NCBI GenBank assembly: GCA_017451485.1
Contig: JAFTOG010000023.1
Coordinates: 55,313-119,312 of the forward strand
Direction of reading: 5' to 3'
Length of the DNA: 64,000 bases
Origin: Clostridia bacterium
Lineage (GTDB): Bacteria > Bacillota > Clostridia > Oscillospirales > CAG-272
Made by a program: the position numbers and the translations under genes. The notes below the pieces were generated by a model. The model did no database searches. It was not told the origin of the DNA and worked only from the letters and a program-made list of their open reading frames with translations. The stretch's first letter is position 1, and each line of letters begins with the position of its first letter. Shown one piece after another: positions 32,878 to 43,005 of the stretch.

Positions 32878-34290
32878 ATGTCAGTTTTTGGTATCATAGG
32901 AAACAAGACAGCTGATGTTGCCTCCAGCGTGTACTACGGTCTTTATGCATTACAGCACAGAGGTCAGGAGAGCTGTGGTATAGTGGTAAACGATGACGGA
33001 CTTTTCAGGGTTCATAAGGACTCCGGATTGGTAAACGATGTGTTTACCCAAAATGCTATGAAGCATCTTGGCATGGGTAAAATGGCGATTGGACATGTTC
33101 GTTATGGCACAATGCAGACAAAGGATAAGGTAAACACAGAGCCTTTTGTTGTAAACCATATAAAAGGTAAGCTTGCTGTTGCGGGACAGAGCTCCCTGGT
33201 TAATTATCCTGAGTTACGAAGAGATCTTGAACTTCAGGGTGCTATTTTCCATAGCTCATGTGATGCGGAGATAATCTCGTATGTAATTACAAGGGAGAGA
33301 TTAACAAGTGGATCTATTGAGGAAGCACTTAATAAGGCAATGAATAGCCTTAAGGGTGCATTCTCACTTGTAATAATGTCCTCTCAAAAGCTTATTGCAA
33401 CAAGGGATGAAATGGGTATGCATCCTCTTTGTTACGGTATGCGTGGAGAAAATGAATATGTTATAGCGAGTGAAAGCTGTGCTCTTGATGCTGTTGGAGC
33501 TACTTTCATCAGAGAGGTAGAGCCCGGTGAGATTATAGTTTTCTCAAAGGATGGAATAAAAACCATTAAGGATCATTGCAATAAACAGCCTGAAAGATTA
33601 TGTGTTTTTGAGTATCTCTATACAGCTCGTCCTGACTCTGTAATAAGAAATTGTGCTGTACAGGCTGCAAGGAAAAGAGCAGGAGCATTTCTTGCCAAAT
33701 CTCATCCGGTAGAGGCAGACGTAGTTGTTGGTGTTCCCGACTCCGGACTTGAGGCTGCAATTGGCTACGCTGAGGAATCCGGTATTCCATATGGTATAGG
33801 ACTTATTAAGAATAAGTACATTGGAAGGACATTTATTGCTCCTGGTCAGAATGTTCGTGAGGATAAGGTGAGAATAAAGCTTAATCCTGTTGTAAATTCA
33901 GTAAGAGGAAAAAGAATTGTACTTGTGGATGACTCAATTGTAAGAGGAACTACATGTGCAAGAATAGTAAAGCTTCTTCGTGATGCAGGGGCTAATGAGA
34001 TACACCTTCGTTCCTCTGCACCGAAATTTTTGAATCCTTGCTACTACGGTACAGATATAGAATCTCGAGATGTACTTGTGGCTTGTAACCATACAACAGA
34101 GGAAATGGAGAAAATATTTGGAGTAGATTCTCTTGGATTCCTTGAAATCGAGGATGTTGTCAAGCTTGGAGAGGGTGGCAGCTGTAAGGGCTACTGCATA
34201 GCTTGCTTTGATGGCAAATATCCTACTAATCCCCCAAGCACTACTAACAGAAATAAATACGATATAAAATTATCAGAAAGTGAGAGTTAA
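32878..34290 (+). CDS. purF: Amidophosphoribosyltransferase PurF homolog with a degenerate glutaminase active site
   Basis: The PRTase half is intact (VVGVPDSGLEAAIGYA, IVLVDDSIVRGTT), as are the Fe-S Cys contexts (CVFEYLY, NPCYYG, CIACFDGKYP). The N-terminus reads MSVFGI where CGVFGI is expected, and LAVAGQSSLVN replaces LAHNGNLVN. Confidence 0.85.
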   Translation: MSVFGIIGNKTADVASSVYYGLYALQHRGQESCGIVVNDDGLFRVHKDSGLVNDVFTQNAMKHLGMGKMAIGHVRYGTMQTKDKVNTEPFVVNHIKGKLAVAGQSSLVNYPELRRDLELQGAIFHSSCDAEIISYVITRERLTSGSIEEALNKAMNSLKGAFSLVIMSSQKLIATRDEMGMHPLCYGMRGENEYVIASESCALDAVGATFIREVEPGEIIVFSKDGIKTIKDHCNKQPERLCVFEYLYTARPDSVIRNCAVQAARKRAGAFLAKSHPVEADVVVGVPDSGLEAAIGYAEESGIPYGIGLIKNKYIGRTFIAPGQNVREDKVRIKLNPVVNSVRGKRIVLVDDSIVRGTTCARIVKLLRDAGANEIHLRSSAPKFLNPCYYGTDIESRDVLVACNHTTEEMEKIFGVDSLGFLEIEDVVKLGEGGSCKGYCIACFDGKYPTNPPSTTNRNKYDIKLSESES

Positions 34291-34293
34291 AAA

Positions 34294-35340
34294 GTGAAAA
34301 ATTCAAGATCTGAAAGCTATGCAGCTGCCGGCGTTGATATTACCGCAGGTTATAAGGCAGTTGAACTTATGAAATCCCACATTGCCCGTACAAAGAATGA
34401 AGGCTGTCTTGACGATGTAGGTGGCTTTGGTGGTTGTTTTGGACTTCCTGTTGCAGGAATGGAGGAGCCCGTACTTGTTTCCGGTACCGATGGATGTGGT
34501 ACAAAGGTGAAAATGGCTATTCTGATGGACAAGCACGATACAATCGGTATTGATGCTGTTGCAATGTGCGTAAACGATATTATCTGTGTAGGAGCAAAAC
34601 CACTGTTCTTCCTTGACTATATTGCATGCGGTAAAAACATCCCTGAAAAAATAGCTTCCATTGTTGGTGGTGTTGCGGAGGGCTGTGTTCAGTCAGGTGC
34701 AGCACTTATCGGTGGAGAAACAGCAGAGCATCCCGGTCTTATGCCCATTGATGATTATGACCTTGCAGGCTTTGCCGTTGGTATAGTTGATAAGAAAAAG
34801 ATACTTGATAACACAAAGATGGAAGAGGGCGATGTAGTAATCGCACTTCCTTCAAGTGGCGTTCACTCAAACGGATTCTCACTCGTTCGTAAGGTATTTG
34901 ATATTGATAACAATCCTGCATCTCTTTATGAGCCCTGTACCGATCTTGGTGGAGCTTCTATTGCCGAGACACTTTTGACTCCTACAAGAATTTATGTTAA
35001 ATCTGTTCTTGCTCTTATTGAGCAGGTTAATGTAAAGGGTATCAGCCATATCACAGGCGGTGGCTTCTACGAGAATATTCCAAGATCTATTCCAAAGGGG
35101 CTTTCTGCTAAAATTACAAAGTCAGCAGTTAAGGTGCTTCCTATTTTTGACCTTATTGCAAAAATCGGAAATGTTCCTGAAAGAGACATGTACAACACAT
35201 ATAATATGGGCGTTGGTATGAGCATTGTTGTTCCTGCGTCCGAGGTTGATAAGGCTATCGAAATTCTTAAGGCTCACGGAGATGATGCATATGTTATCGG
35301 TGAGATTGTTAAGGGTGACGAAGGCGTGGTGTTCTGCTAA
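34294..35340 (+). CDS. purM: Phosphoribosylformylglycinamidine cyclo-ligase (AIR synthetase) PurM
   Basis: YAAAGVDI..., GGFGG, SGTDGCGTK, GGETAEHPG. GTG start. Confidence 0.9.
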   Translation: MKNSRSESYAAAGVDITAGYKAVELMKSHIARTKNEGCLDDVGGFGGCFGLPVAGMEEPVLVSGTDGCGTKVKMAILMDKHDTIGIDAVAMCVNDIICVGAKPLFFLDYIACGKNIPEKIASIVGGVAEGCVQSGAALIGGETAEHPGLMPIDDYDLAGFAVGIVDKKKILDNTKMEEGDVVIALPSSGVHSNGFSLVRKVFDIDNNPASLYEPCTDLGGASIAETLLTPTRIYVKSVLALIEQVNVKGISHITGGGFYENIPRSIPKGLSAKITKSAVKVLPIFDLIAKIGNVPERDMYNTYNMGVGMSIVVPASEVDKAIEILKAHGDDAYVIGEIVKGDEGVVFC

Positions 35341-35966
35341 TGAAGAAAATAGCAGTTCTTGTTTCAGGTGGAGGAACTAACCTTCAGGCACTTATAGATG
35401 CAGAAAAAACAGGTATGTTCGGTGAAAGTAAAATCACTCTTGTTGTAGCTTCCAAGCCCGGTGTTTATGCACTTGAAAGGGCAGAAAACAACGGTATAGC
35501 ATCAAAGGTCCTTGCCCGGAAGGAATATGACAGCATCTGTTCATATTCCAAAGCACTTGTGTGCACTCTTAAAGAGGCAGAAATTGACCTTGTAGTGCTC
35601 GCAGGATTTTTGACAATATTTGACGAGCAGGTATATGAGGCGTTCCCCAATAGAATATTAAATGTTCACCCTGCACTTATTCCCTCCTTCTGCGGTAAGG
35701 GATACTACGGTCTTCATGTGCATGAAGCAGCACTTGAAAAGGGGGTTAAGGTTTCCGGTGCAACCGTACATATTGTAACTCCAGAATGTGATGCAGGTCC
35801 TATTGTTCTTCAAAAGGCTGTTGAGGTTTTGGAGAGTGACACCCCGGAAACACTCCAAAAGAGAATAATGGTTGAGGCTGAGTGGAAGATACTTCCCGAG
35901 GCTGTAAGGCTTTTCTGTGAGGACAGAATTACTGTTAAAAACAATAAGGTATACATAGAAAAATAA
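35340..35966 (+). CDS. purN: Phosphoribosylglycinamide formyltransferase PurN
   Basis: IAVLVSGGGTNLQALID, ILNVHPALIPSF, TVHIVTPECDAGPIV. The ATG overlaps the purM stop (TAATG). Confidence 0.9.
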   Translation: MKKIAVLVSGGGTNLQALIDAEKTGMFGESKITLVVASKPGVYALERAENNGIASKVLARKEYDSICSYSKALVCTLKEAEIDLVVLAGFLTIFDEQVYEAFPNRILNVHPALIPSFCGKGYYGLHVHEAALEKGVKVSGATVHIVTPECDAGPIVLQKAVEVLESDTPETLQKRIMVEAEWKILPEAVRLFCEDRITVKNNKVYIEK

Positions 35967-35977
35967 GGAGATAAAGA

Positions 35978-36694
35978 ATGAAGGTTTCTACTATTGCAAA
36001 TGAGCTTAATTCTCTTGCTTATCACGGCAGAGGTATTATTATCGGTAAGAGTGCAGACGCAAAAAAGGCAGTAACAGCTTACTTTATAATGGGAAGAAGT
36101 GAAAACAGCCGTAATCGTGTATTCGTTGCAGAGGGTGACGCTATGCGTACAAAGGCCTTTGACGAATCCAAAATGACAGATCCCCATCTTATTATATATT
36201 ATCCCGTAAGAGTGCTTGGCAACAAGACTATTGTTACAAACGGTGATCAAACCGACACAATTTATAAGCTTATGGATAAGCAGATGACATTTGAACAGGC
36301 TCTTCGTACAAGAGAATTTGAAGATGATAAGCCTAATTTTACTCCCCGTATTTCAGGTATTATCCGTAGAGAAGAGGATGGAATGAACTTTGCTATGTCA
36401 ATTCTTAAGAGTGCAGAGGGTGATGACTCATCCTGTGAGAGATTTACATATGCTTATTCTAATCCTAAGGCAGGTATGGCTAAGTTTATCCATACATACA
36501 ATGGAGACGGAAATCCCTTACCGTCCTTTGAAGGTGAGCCCAAAACTCTTGAGCTTCCCGATATGGATATTGATGCATTGGCTGATCATATCTGGACTAA
36601 TCTGAATGAAGATAACAAGGTATCTCTTTTTGTAAGATACATCGATATCGCAACAGGTGAAACAGAAACAAGAATTATAAACAAGAACAAATAA
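35978..36694 (+). CDS. purO: IMP cyclohydrolase, PurO (archaeal) type
   Basis: About 238 aa, with AYFIMGRSENSRNRVF and IYYPVR.. blocks. Its position, directly upstream of an AICAR-formyltransferase-only gene, is typical of the split arrangement in many Clostridia. Confidence 0.75.
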   Translation: MKVSTIANELNSLAYHGRGIIIGKSADAKKAVTAYFIMGRSENSRNRVFVAEGDAMRTKAFDESKMTDPHLIIYYPVRVLGNKTIVTNGDQTDTIYKLMDKQMTFEQALRTREFEDDKPNFTPRISGIIRREEDGMNFAMSILKSAEGDDSSCERFTYAYSNPKAGMAKFIHTYNGDGNPLPSFEGEPKTLELPDMDIDALADHIWTNLNEDNKVSLFVRYIDIATGETETRIINKNK

Positions 36695-36713
36695 TTGAAG
36701 GGCTGGTGTAAAA

Positions 36714-37898
36714 ATGAAAGAATTTGAACTTAAATACGGCTGTAACCCTAATCAGAAGCCTTCCAAAATATATATGGAAAACGGAGCAGAGCTCCCCATA
36801 GAAATCCTTTGTGGCAGACCAGGATATATTAACTTTCTTGATGCATTTAATTCATGGCAGCTTGTAAAGGAGCTTAAGGAGGCAACAGGCTTGCCCTGTG
36901 CTACATCCTTTAAGCATGTAAGCCCTACATCAGCAGCAGTTGGAATCAAGCTTCCCGAAAAGCTTAAGAAGGCTTGCTTTGTTGATGATATTGAGGGGCT
37001 TGATGATTCTCCCTTGGCTTGTGCATATGCAAGAGCAAGAGGAACAGACAGAATGAGCTCTTTTGGTGACTGGATAGCTCTTTCTGATATATGTGATGTT
37101 ACAACAGCATTACTTATTAAGAGAGAAATCTCCGACGGTGTTATTGCCCCCGGTTACACTGATGAGGCTCTTGAAATTCTTAAAACAAAAAAGAAGGGAA
37201 ATTATAACATAGTAAAAATTGATCCTGGTTATATCCCTGAAGCAATAGAGAAAAAACAGGTTTACGGAATCACCTTTGAGCAGGGTAGAAACAATTTTAA
37301 GATTGATAAGGAATTGTTTACAGATATCGTAACAGAAAATAAGGAGCTTCCCGAAAATGCTGTTATAGACCTTATAATCTCTCTTATCACACTTAAATAT
37401 ACTCAGTCAAACTCCGTTTGCTATGCTTACAACGGACAGGCAATCGGTGTCGGTGCAGGTCAGCAGTCAAGAATCCATTGTACCCGTCTTGCAGGAACAA
37501 AGGCTGATACATGGCATTTAAGACAGCACGATAAGGTTCTCAACCTTCCTTTCTTACCCACAGTTTCCCGTCCCGACAGAGATAATGTAATTGACGGATA
37601 TATCAACAAGAATGAAGAGGATGTATGTGCAGATGGAAACTGGCAGAAATATTTTTCCTATCAGCCCGAGCCCTTTACAGCAGAAGAAATGAGAGCATAT
37701 CTTGACACAATCACAGGTGTTAGCGTAGGCTCCGATGCATTCTTCCCCTTCAGTGATAATATCGAAAGAGCAAAGAGAAGCGGTGTATCCTATATTGCCG
37801 AGCCCGGTGGATCAATCAGAGATGATGTTGTTATTGACTGTGCAAATAAGTACGGTATGGTAATGGCATTTACAAAGATGAGATTATTCCACCATTAA
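36714..37898 (+). CDS. purH: AICAR formyltransferase (PurH C-terminal domain only, no MGS-like IMP cyclohydrolase domain)
   Basis: KYGCNPNQ and QSNSVCYAYNGQAIGVGAGQQSRIHCTRLA are AICARFT hallmarks. At 394 aa it lacks the N-terminal cyclohydrolase domain. Confidence 0.85.
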   Translation: MKEFELKYGCNPNQKPSKIYMENGAELPIEILCGRPGYINFLDAFNSWQLVKELKEATGLPCATSFKHVSPTSAAVGIKLPEKLKKACFVDDIEGLDDSPLACAYARARGTDRMSSFGDWIALSDICDVTTALLIKREISDGVIAPGYTDEALEILKTKKKGNYNIVKIDPGYIPEAIEKKQVYGITFEQGRNNFKIDKELFTDIVTENKELPENAVIDLIISLITLKYTQSNSVCYAYNGQAIGVGAGQQSRIHCTRLAGTKADTWHLRQHDKVLNLPFLPTVSRPDRDNVIDGYINKNEEDVCADGNWQKYFSYQPEPFTAEEMRAYLDTITGVSVGSDAFFPFSDNIERAKRSGVSYIAEPGGSIRDDVVIDCANKYGMVMAFTKMRLFHH

Positions 37899-37909
37899 TG
37901 AGGTGTATG

Positions 37910-39181
37910 ATGAGAGTAATAGTAGTTGGAGGCGGCGGAAGAGAGCACGCCATTATAAAAAAGCTTAAAGAAAACAAGTCAATAGAGCAGATATTTGCTC
38001 TCCCCGGTAACGGTGGTATTGCTAAAGATGCTACCTGTGTTAATATCGGAGCTAAGGACATTTGCGAAATTGTGAAATTCGCACAGGAAAACAGCATTGA
38101 TTATGCAGTTGTTGCTCCTGATGATCCCCTTGTACTCGGTTGTGTAGATGCTCTTAATGAGGTAGGTATCCCTTGCTTTGGACCTACAAAGGCAGCGGCA
38201 ATTATCGAGGGTAGTAAGGTATTCTCAAAAAACCTTATGAAGAAATACGGTATTCCTACAGCAGAATATGAGGTGTTCTCGAATGCCGAGGATGCTCTTA
38301 AATATCTTGAAAAGTCTCCTATTCCTACAGTTATCAAGGCAGACGGTCTGGCTCTCGGTAAAGGTGTAGTTATAGCATTTACAAGGGAAGAGGCCTATGA
38401 TGCTGTAAAGAGCATTATGGAGGATAAGAAATTCGGAGATAGCGGTAATAAAATTGTTATTGAAGAGTTTTTGGAGGGTCCGGAGGTTTCTGTCCTTGCG
38501 TTTACAGATGGCAACTGCGTTAAGCCTATGGTTTCCTCAATGGACCATAAGCGTGCACTTGATTTTGACAAGGGACTTAATACAGGAGGTATGGGTACAG
38601 TAGCACCCAACCCTTACTATACAAACAATATTGCAGAGGAATGTATGAGGACTATCTTCTTGCCCACTATTGAGGCAATGAAGAAGGAGGATAGAGAGTT
38701 TAAGGGATGCTTGTATTTTGGTCTTATGCTTACAAAAAACGGCCCTAAGGTAATTGAATATAACTGTCGCTTCGGTGATCCGGAAACACAGGTTGTATTA
38801 CCTTTACTTGAAAGTGACCTCTTTGAAATTATGCAGAGTGTTACAAACGGAACACTTGATAAATGTGATGTTAAATTTGCAGATAAGAATGCTTGCTGTG
38901 TAATTATGGCATCTAAGGGCTATCCCGAAAAGTATGAAAATGGCTTTGAAATTGTTATTCCTGAGGAAATTGCCGATTCAGTGTATGTAGCAGGAGCAAA
39001 GCTTTCTGACGGGCAGCTTCTCAGTGCAGGAGGAAGAGTACTCGGTGTTACTGCTATTGCTCCCACACTTAAGGAAGCAATTGACAGTGCATACTGCAAG
39101 GTTTCTACCATTAAATTTGACAATGCTTTCTACAGAAAAGATATAGGACAAAAAGCACTTAAAGCAACGGAGGATAAGTAA
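37910..39181 (+). CDS. purD: Phosphoribosylamine-glycine ligase PurD
   Basis: MRVIVVGGGGREHAI and ATP-grasp blocks. GAGG lies upstream; the start is ATG 37910 or 37907. Confidence 0.9.
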   Translation: MRVIVVGGGGREHAIIKKLKENKSIEQIFALPGNGGIAKDATCVNIGAKDICEIVKFAQENSIDYAVVAPDDPLVLGCVDALNEVGIPCFGPTKAAAIIEGSKVFSKNLMKKYGIPTAEYEVFSNAEDALKYLEKSPIPTVIKADGLALGKGVVIAFTREEAYDAVKSIMEDKKFGDSGNKIVIEEFLEGPEVSVLAFTDGNCVKPMVSSMDHKRALDFDKGLNTGGMGTVAPNPYYTNNIAEECMRTIFLPTIEAMKKEDREFKGCLYFGLMLTKNGPKVIEYNCRFGDPETQVVLPLLESDLFEIMQSVTNGTLDKCDVKFADKNACCVIMASKGYPEKYENGFEIVIPEEIADSVYVAGAKLSDGQLLSAGGRVLGVTAIAPTLKEAIDSAYCKVSTIKFDNAFYRKDIGQKALKATEDK

Positions 39182-39184
39182 TAC

Positions 39185-42100
39185 ATGGTTTATCGCGTTT
39201 ATGTGGAAAAGAAAAAAGGTCTTGAAAATGAGGCAAATGCCCTCTATTCCGAAATCAAAACCTTCCTCGGTATAAAAAATATCGATAAAGTGAGAATAAT
39301 GAACCGTTACGATGTGGAAAATATTACAAAGGAGCTTTTTGACTATTCTGTAAAGACAGTTTTTTCAGAGCCCCAGCTTGATAATGTATATTTCACATTG
39401 GAAAATGACGGTGCAGTGGTATTTGCAACAGAATATCTCCCTGGTCAGTTTGACCAGAGGGCAGACTCTGCGGCACAGTGTATCCAGCTTATTTCAAAGG
39501 GTGATAAGCCCTCTGTACAGAGTGCGAGAGTTTATATGCTTTACGGCACTCTCTCCGATAGCGAGATAAAGGCTATCAAAAAGCATGTTATAAACCCGGT
39601 AGAGGCAAGAGAAGCATCCCTTGAGGAAAAGGATACCATCAAGGCAGAGTACGATATTCCCGAGGATGTAAAAATAATTGACGGATTTATTGACCTTGAT
39701 AAGGACGGACTTGCAGCATTTGTTAAATCCTATGCTCTTGCGATGGATAACGATGATATCAAGTTCTGTCAGGACTATTTCAAGTCCGAGGGAAGAAATC
39801 CTACAGTTACAGAGATCCGTATGATAGATACATACTGGTCTGACCACTGTCGTCATACCACATTCTTAACAACCATTGATAATGTTAAGTTTGAGGATAA
39901 AATCCTTCAGGAAACATATGACGATTATATTAATACAAGAAAGCTTCTTAATAGAACAAAGCCCGTAAATCTTATGGATATAGCAACTCTTGCAGTTAAG
40001 TATCTTAAGAAGGAGGGCAAGCTTGATAAGCTTGATGAAAGCGAGGAGATCAATGCTTGTACTGTTAAGATTACAGTTGAAATAGACGGCAAGGCAGAGC
40101 CCTGGCTCTTGCTCTTTAAGAATGAGACTCATAACCATCCTACTGAGATTGAGCCCTTTGGTGGTGCTGCAACCTGTATTGGTGGTGCTATCCGTGATCC
40201 CCTTTCCGGAAGATCCTATGTTTACGGTGCTATGCGTCTTACAGGTGCTGCAGATCCTTTAAGATCCCTTGATGAAACTATTGAGGGTAAGCTCCCTCAG
40301 AGAAAAATTGTTACAACTGCGGCAGCGGGATATTCCTCCTATGGCAACCAGATTGGTCTTGCAACAGGAATAGTTGATGAAATTTATCACGATGGTTATG
40401 CTGCTAAGCATATGGAGGTTGGTGCAGTTATTGCTGCGGCTCCCGAAAGAAATGTACGCAGAGAGAGACCTGAGGACGGAGATGTAGTTGTTTTGCTCGG
40501 TGGACGCACAGGCCGTGACGGTTGTGGTGGAGCTACCGGTTCATCAAAATCCCATACTGTAGATTCACTTGAGCAGTGTGGAGCAGAGGTACAGAAGGGT
40601 AACGCACCCGAGGAAAGAAAGCTACAGCGTCTTTTCAGAAATTACGATGCTTGCCGAATGATCAAGCGTTGTAATGACTTCGGTGCAGGCGGTGTTTCCG
40701 TTGCTATCGGTGAGCTTGCTGACGGTCTTGAAATCAATCTTAATGCAGTTCCCAAAAAATATGACGGTCTTGATGGAACAGAGCTTGCCATCAGCGAATC
40801 CCAGGAGAGAATGGCTGTTGTAATTGAAAAGGAAAATGTACAAAAATTCCTTGCCCTTGCTCATAGTGAAAACCTTGAAGCAACAGTAGTTGCAACAGTT
40901 AAGGCTGAGCCCAGACTCAGAATGCTCCATAATGGCAAGGCTATTGTAGATATTAGCCGTGAGTTCCTTAACTCAAACGGTGCAGAAAAGCATATAGACA
41001 TTGCACCTACCAAGCTTGAGGATTATAACAAAGAAATACCAGCAGATTTTGAAAGTGGTATCAAGGATATTTGCGACAATATCAATACATGCTCAAAGAG
41101 GGGACTTAGTGAACGCTTTGACAGCACTATCGGTGCAGGAACAGTACTTATGCCCTTTGGTGGTAAATATCAGAGAACACCTATTCAGTCAATGGTACAC
41201 CTTATCTCCAGCGAGAAGGGTCATACAAATGATTGCTCATATATGTCATGGGGATATAACCCCTTCATATCAGAAAAGAGCCCGTTCCACGGTGCATATC
41301 TTGCAGTAGTTGAGTCTGTATCTAAGCTAATTGCAACAGGTGCTGAGTTCAAGGATGTTTATCTCACATTCCAGGAATATTTTGAAAAGCCTCTTAAGGA
41401 TCCTAAGAGATGGGGTAAGCCCTTATCTGCACTCCTTGGTGCATTCAAGGCTCAGAAGGACTTTGGAATTGGTGCCATCGGTGGTAAAGACTCTATGAGT
41501 GGCTCATTTGAAAAGCTCGATGTTCCTCCCACACTTATTTCCTTCGCTGTTACTAACGGTAAGACAAATGAGGTTATCTCACCTGAGTTTAAGAAGTCCG
41601 GCTCAAAGGTTGTTATTCTTAAGCCTGAGTACGATGAGAATATGCTTCCGAATATTGACTCCATACTTGCTCTTTATGATAAGGTGACAGAGCTCATGAG
41701 AGGTGGAAAGGTGCTTTCAGCATATACACCCACCATCGGCGGAGTAGCAGAGGCTGTCTATAAAATGGCTATCGGTAACGGCTTTGGATTTGAATTTGAT
41801 AACGGTCTTTCACTTAAGGATATCTTTGGATATTGCTACGGTGCATTTATTCTTGAGCTTTCTGAAGATATTGAAATCGGTACTGTACTCGGTAGAGTAG
41901 CAGATAACGGTACTATTTCATACAATGGTAAGAAGGTATGTATGTGTGCACTTACCGAGCTTTATGAAAATAAGCTTGAGGGTGTATATCCCTGCAACAT
42001 CAAATCAAGTGAGGAGAAGCCCGAAACTGTTTCCTACGAAACAGAAAAGATACTTGCTTCTTCTATCAAGGTGACAAAGCCCAAGGTGCTTATCCCTGTA

Positions 42101-42874
42101 TTCCCGGGTACAAACTGTGAATATGATTCTGCAAAGGCAGTAGAGGATGCTGGTGCACAGGCTGAAATTTTTGTTATAAACAATTTAAGTGCCGATGATA
42201 TCAAGAGAAGCTCTGAATCCTTTGTTAAGCTTCTTAAGGAATCACAGATGATATTTGTTCCCGGTGGATTCTCAGGTGGAGACGAGCCTGATGGAAGTGG
42301 TAAGTTTATTACCGCATTCTTCAGAGGAGCAGATGTTAAGGAGGCAGTAACAGAGCTTCTTGACAAGCGTGACGGACTTATGTGTGGTATTTGTAACGGA
42401 TTCCAGGCACTTGTTAAGCTTGGCCTTGTTCCTTACGGAAAAATTATTGACACAGATGAAAATTGTCCTACACTTACATTTAACAATATTGCAAGACACC
42501 AGTCAAAGATCGTAAGAACCAGAGTTGCATCCAATAAATCTCCTTGGCTCTCCGAGTGTAATGTTGGCGATATCTACAATGTTGCTATTTCTCACGGTGA
42601 GGGTAAATTCCTGGCTAATGACGCCACAATAGCAGAGCTTATTAAGAACGGACAGATTGCTACACAGTATGTAGACTTGAACGGTGAGGCTACCTACGAT
42701 ATCGATTATAATCCTAATGGCTCCAGTCTTGCTATTGAGGGTATACTCTCTCCCGATGGACGAGTAATCGGTAAGATGGGTCACTCAGAGCGTATTGCTA
42801 ACGGACTTTACAAGAATGTATACGGCGATTATGACATTAAGATGTTCAAATCTGCTGTTAAGTACTTCAAATGA
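39185..42874 (+). CDS. purL: Phosphoribosylformylglycinamidine synthase, single-chain large PurL
   Basis: 1229 aa. HNHPTEIEPFGGAATCIGGAIRD. The C-terminal glutaminase has an intact nucleophile context (GICNGFQAL) and GHSER. Confidence 0.9.
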   Translation: MVYRVYVEKKKGLENEANALYSEIKTFLGIKNIDKVRIMNRYDVENITKELFDYSVKTVFSEPQLDNVYFTLENDGAVVFATEYLPGQFDQRADSAAQCIQLISKGDKPSVQSARVYMLYGTLSDSEIKAIKKHVINPVEAREASLEEKDTIKAEYDIPEDVKIIDGFIDLDKDGLAAFVKSYALAMDNDDIKFCQDYFKSEGRNPTVTEIRMIDTYWSDHCRHTTFLTTIDNVKFEDKILQETYDDYINTRKLLNRTKPVNLMDIATLAVKYLKKEGKLDKLDESEEINACTVKITVEIDGKAEPWLLLFKNETHNHPTEIEPFGGAATCIGGAIRDPLSGRSYVYGAMRLTGAADPLRSLDETIEGKLPQRKIVTTAAAGYSSYGNQIGLATGIVDEIYHDGYAAKHMEVGAVIAAAPERNVRRERPEDGDVVVLLGGRTGRDGCGGATGSSKSHTVDSLEQCGAEVQKGNAPEERKLQRLFRNYDACRMIKRCNDFGAGGVSVAIGELADGLEINLNAVPKKYDGLDGTELAISESQERMAVVIEKENVQKFLALAHSENLEATVVATVKAEPRLRMLHNGKAIVDISREFLNSNGAEKHIDIAPTKLEDYNKEIPADFESGIKDICDNINTCSKRGLSERFDSTIGAGTVLMPFGGKYQRTPIQSMVHLISSEKGHTNDCSYMSWGYNPFISEKSPFHGAYLAVVESVSKLIATGAEFKDVYLTFQEYFEKPLKDPKRWGKPLSALLGAFKAQKDFGIGAIGGKDSMSGSFEKLDVPPTLISFAVTNGKTNEVISPEFKKSGSKVVILKPEYDENMLPNIDSILALYDKVTELMRGGKVLSAYTPTIGGVAEAVYKMAIGNGFGFEFDNGLSLKDIFGYCYGAFILELSEDIEIGTVLGRVADNGTISYNGKKVCMCALTELYENKLEGVYPCNIKSSEEKPETVSYETEKILASSIKVTKPKVLIPVFPGTNCEYDSAKAVEDAGAQAEIFVINNLSADDIKRSSESFVKLLKESQMIFVPGGFSGGDEPDGSGKFITAFFRGADVKEAVTELLDKRDGLMCGICNGFQALVKLGLVPYGKIIDTDENCPTLTFNNIARHQSKIVRTRVASNKSPWLSECNVGDIYNVAISHGEGKFLANDATIAELIKNGQIATQYVDLNGEATYDIDYNPNGSSLAIEGILSPDGRVIGKMGHSERIANGLYKNVYGDYDIKMFKSAVKYFK

Positions 42875-42883
42875 TTTTTAATG

Positions 42884-42907
42884 GGAAAACCGTGTACACG
42901 GTTTTCC
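42884..42907 (+). terminator. Hairpin after purL (weak terminator candidate)
   Basis: 10-bp stem ggaaaaccgt / acggttttcc with a gtac loop. The downstream sequence on the + strand is tgtaaaaat, so there is no good U-tract, hence the low confidence. Confidence 0.4.
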
Positions 42908-42937
42908 TGTAAAAATATATAAAATTTTGAAAACTTA

Positions 42938-42966
42938 TTGACTAATCAGGTCACAAGTTGTATAAT
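42938..42966 (+). promoter_or_regulatory. Sigma-A promoter for serC-serA-DUF1015
   Basis: TTGACT (42938-42943), a 17-nt spacer, TATAAT (42961-42966). Confidence 0.75.
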
Positions 42967-43005
42967 TCTATATTATATTTATAATTTATTGGAGGTTTCT
43001 CAATT

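Noticed and set aside
35810-36250. 146-aa minus-strand ORF spanning the purN/purO junction
   Set aside because: It is antisense to two confidently identified pur genes, and has no RBS or recognisable motif.
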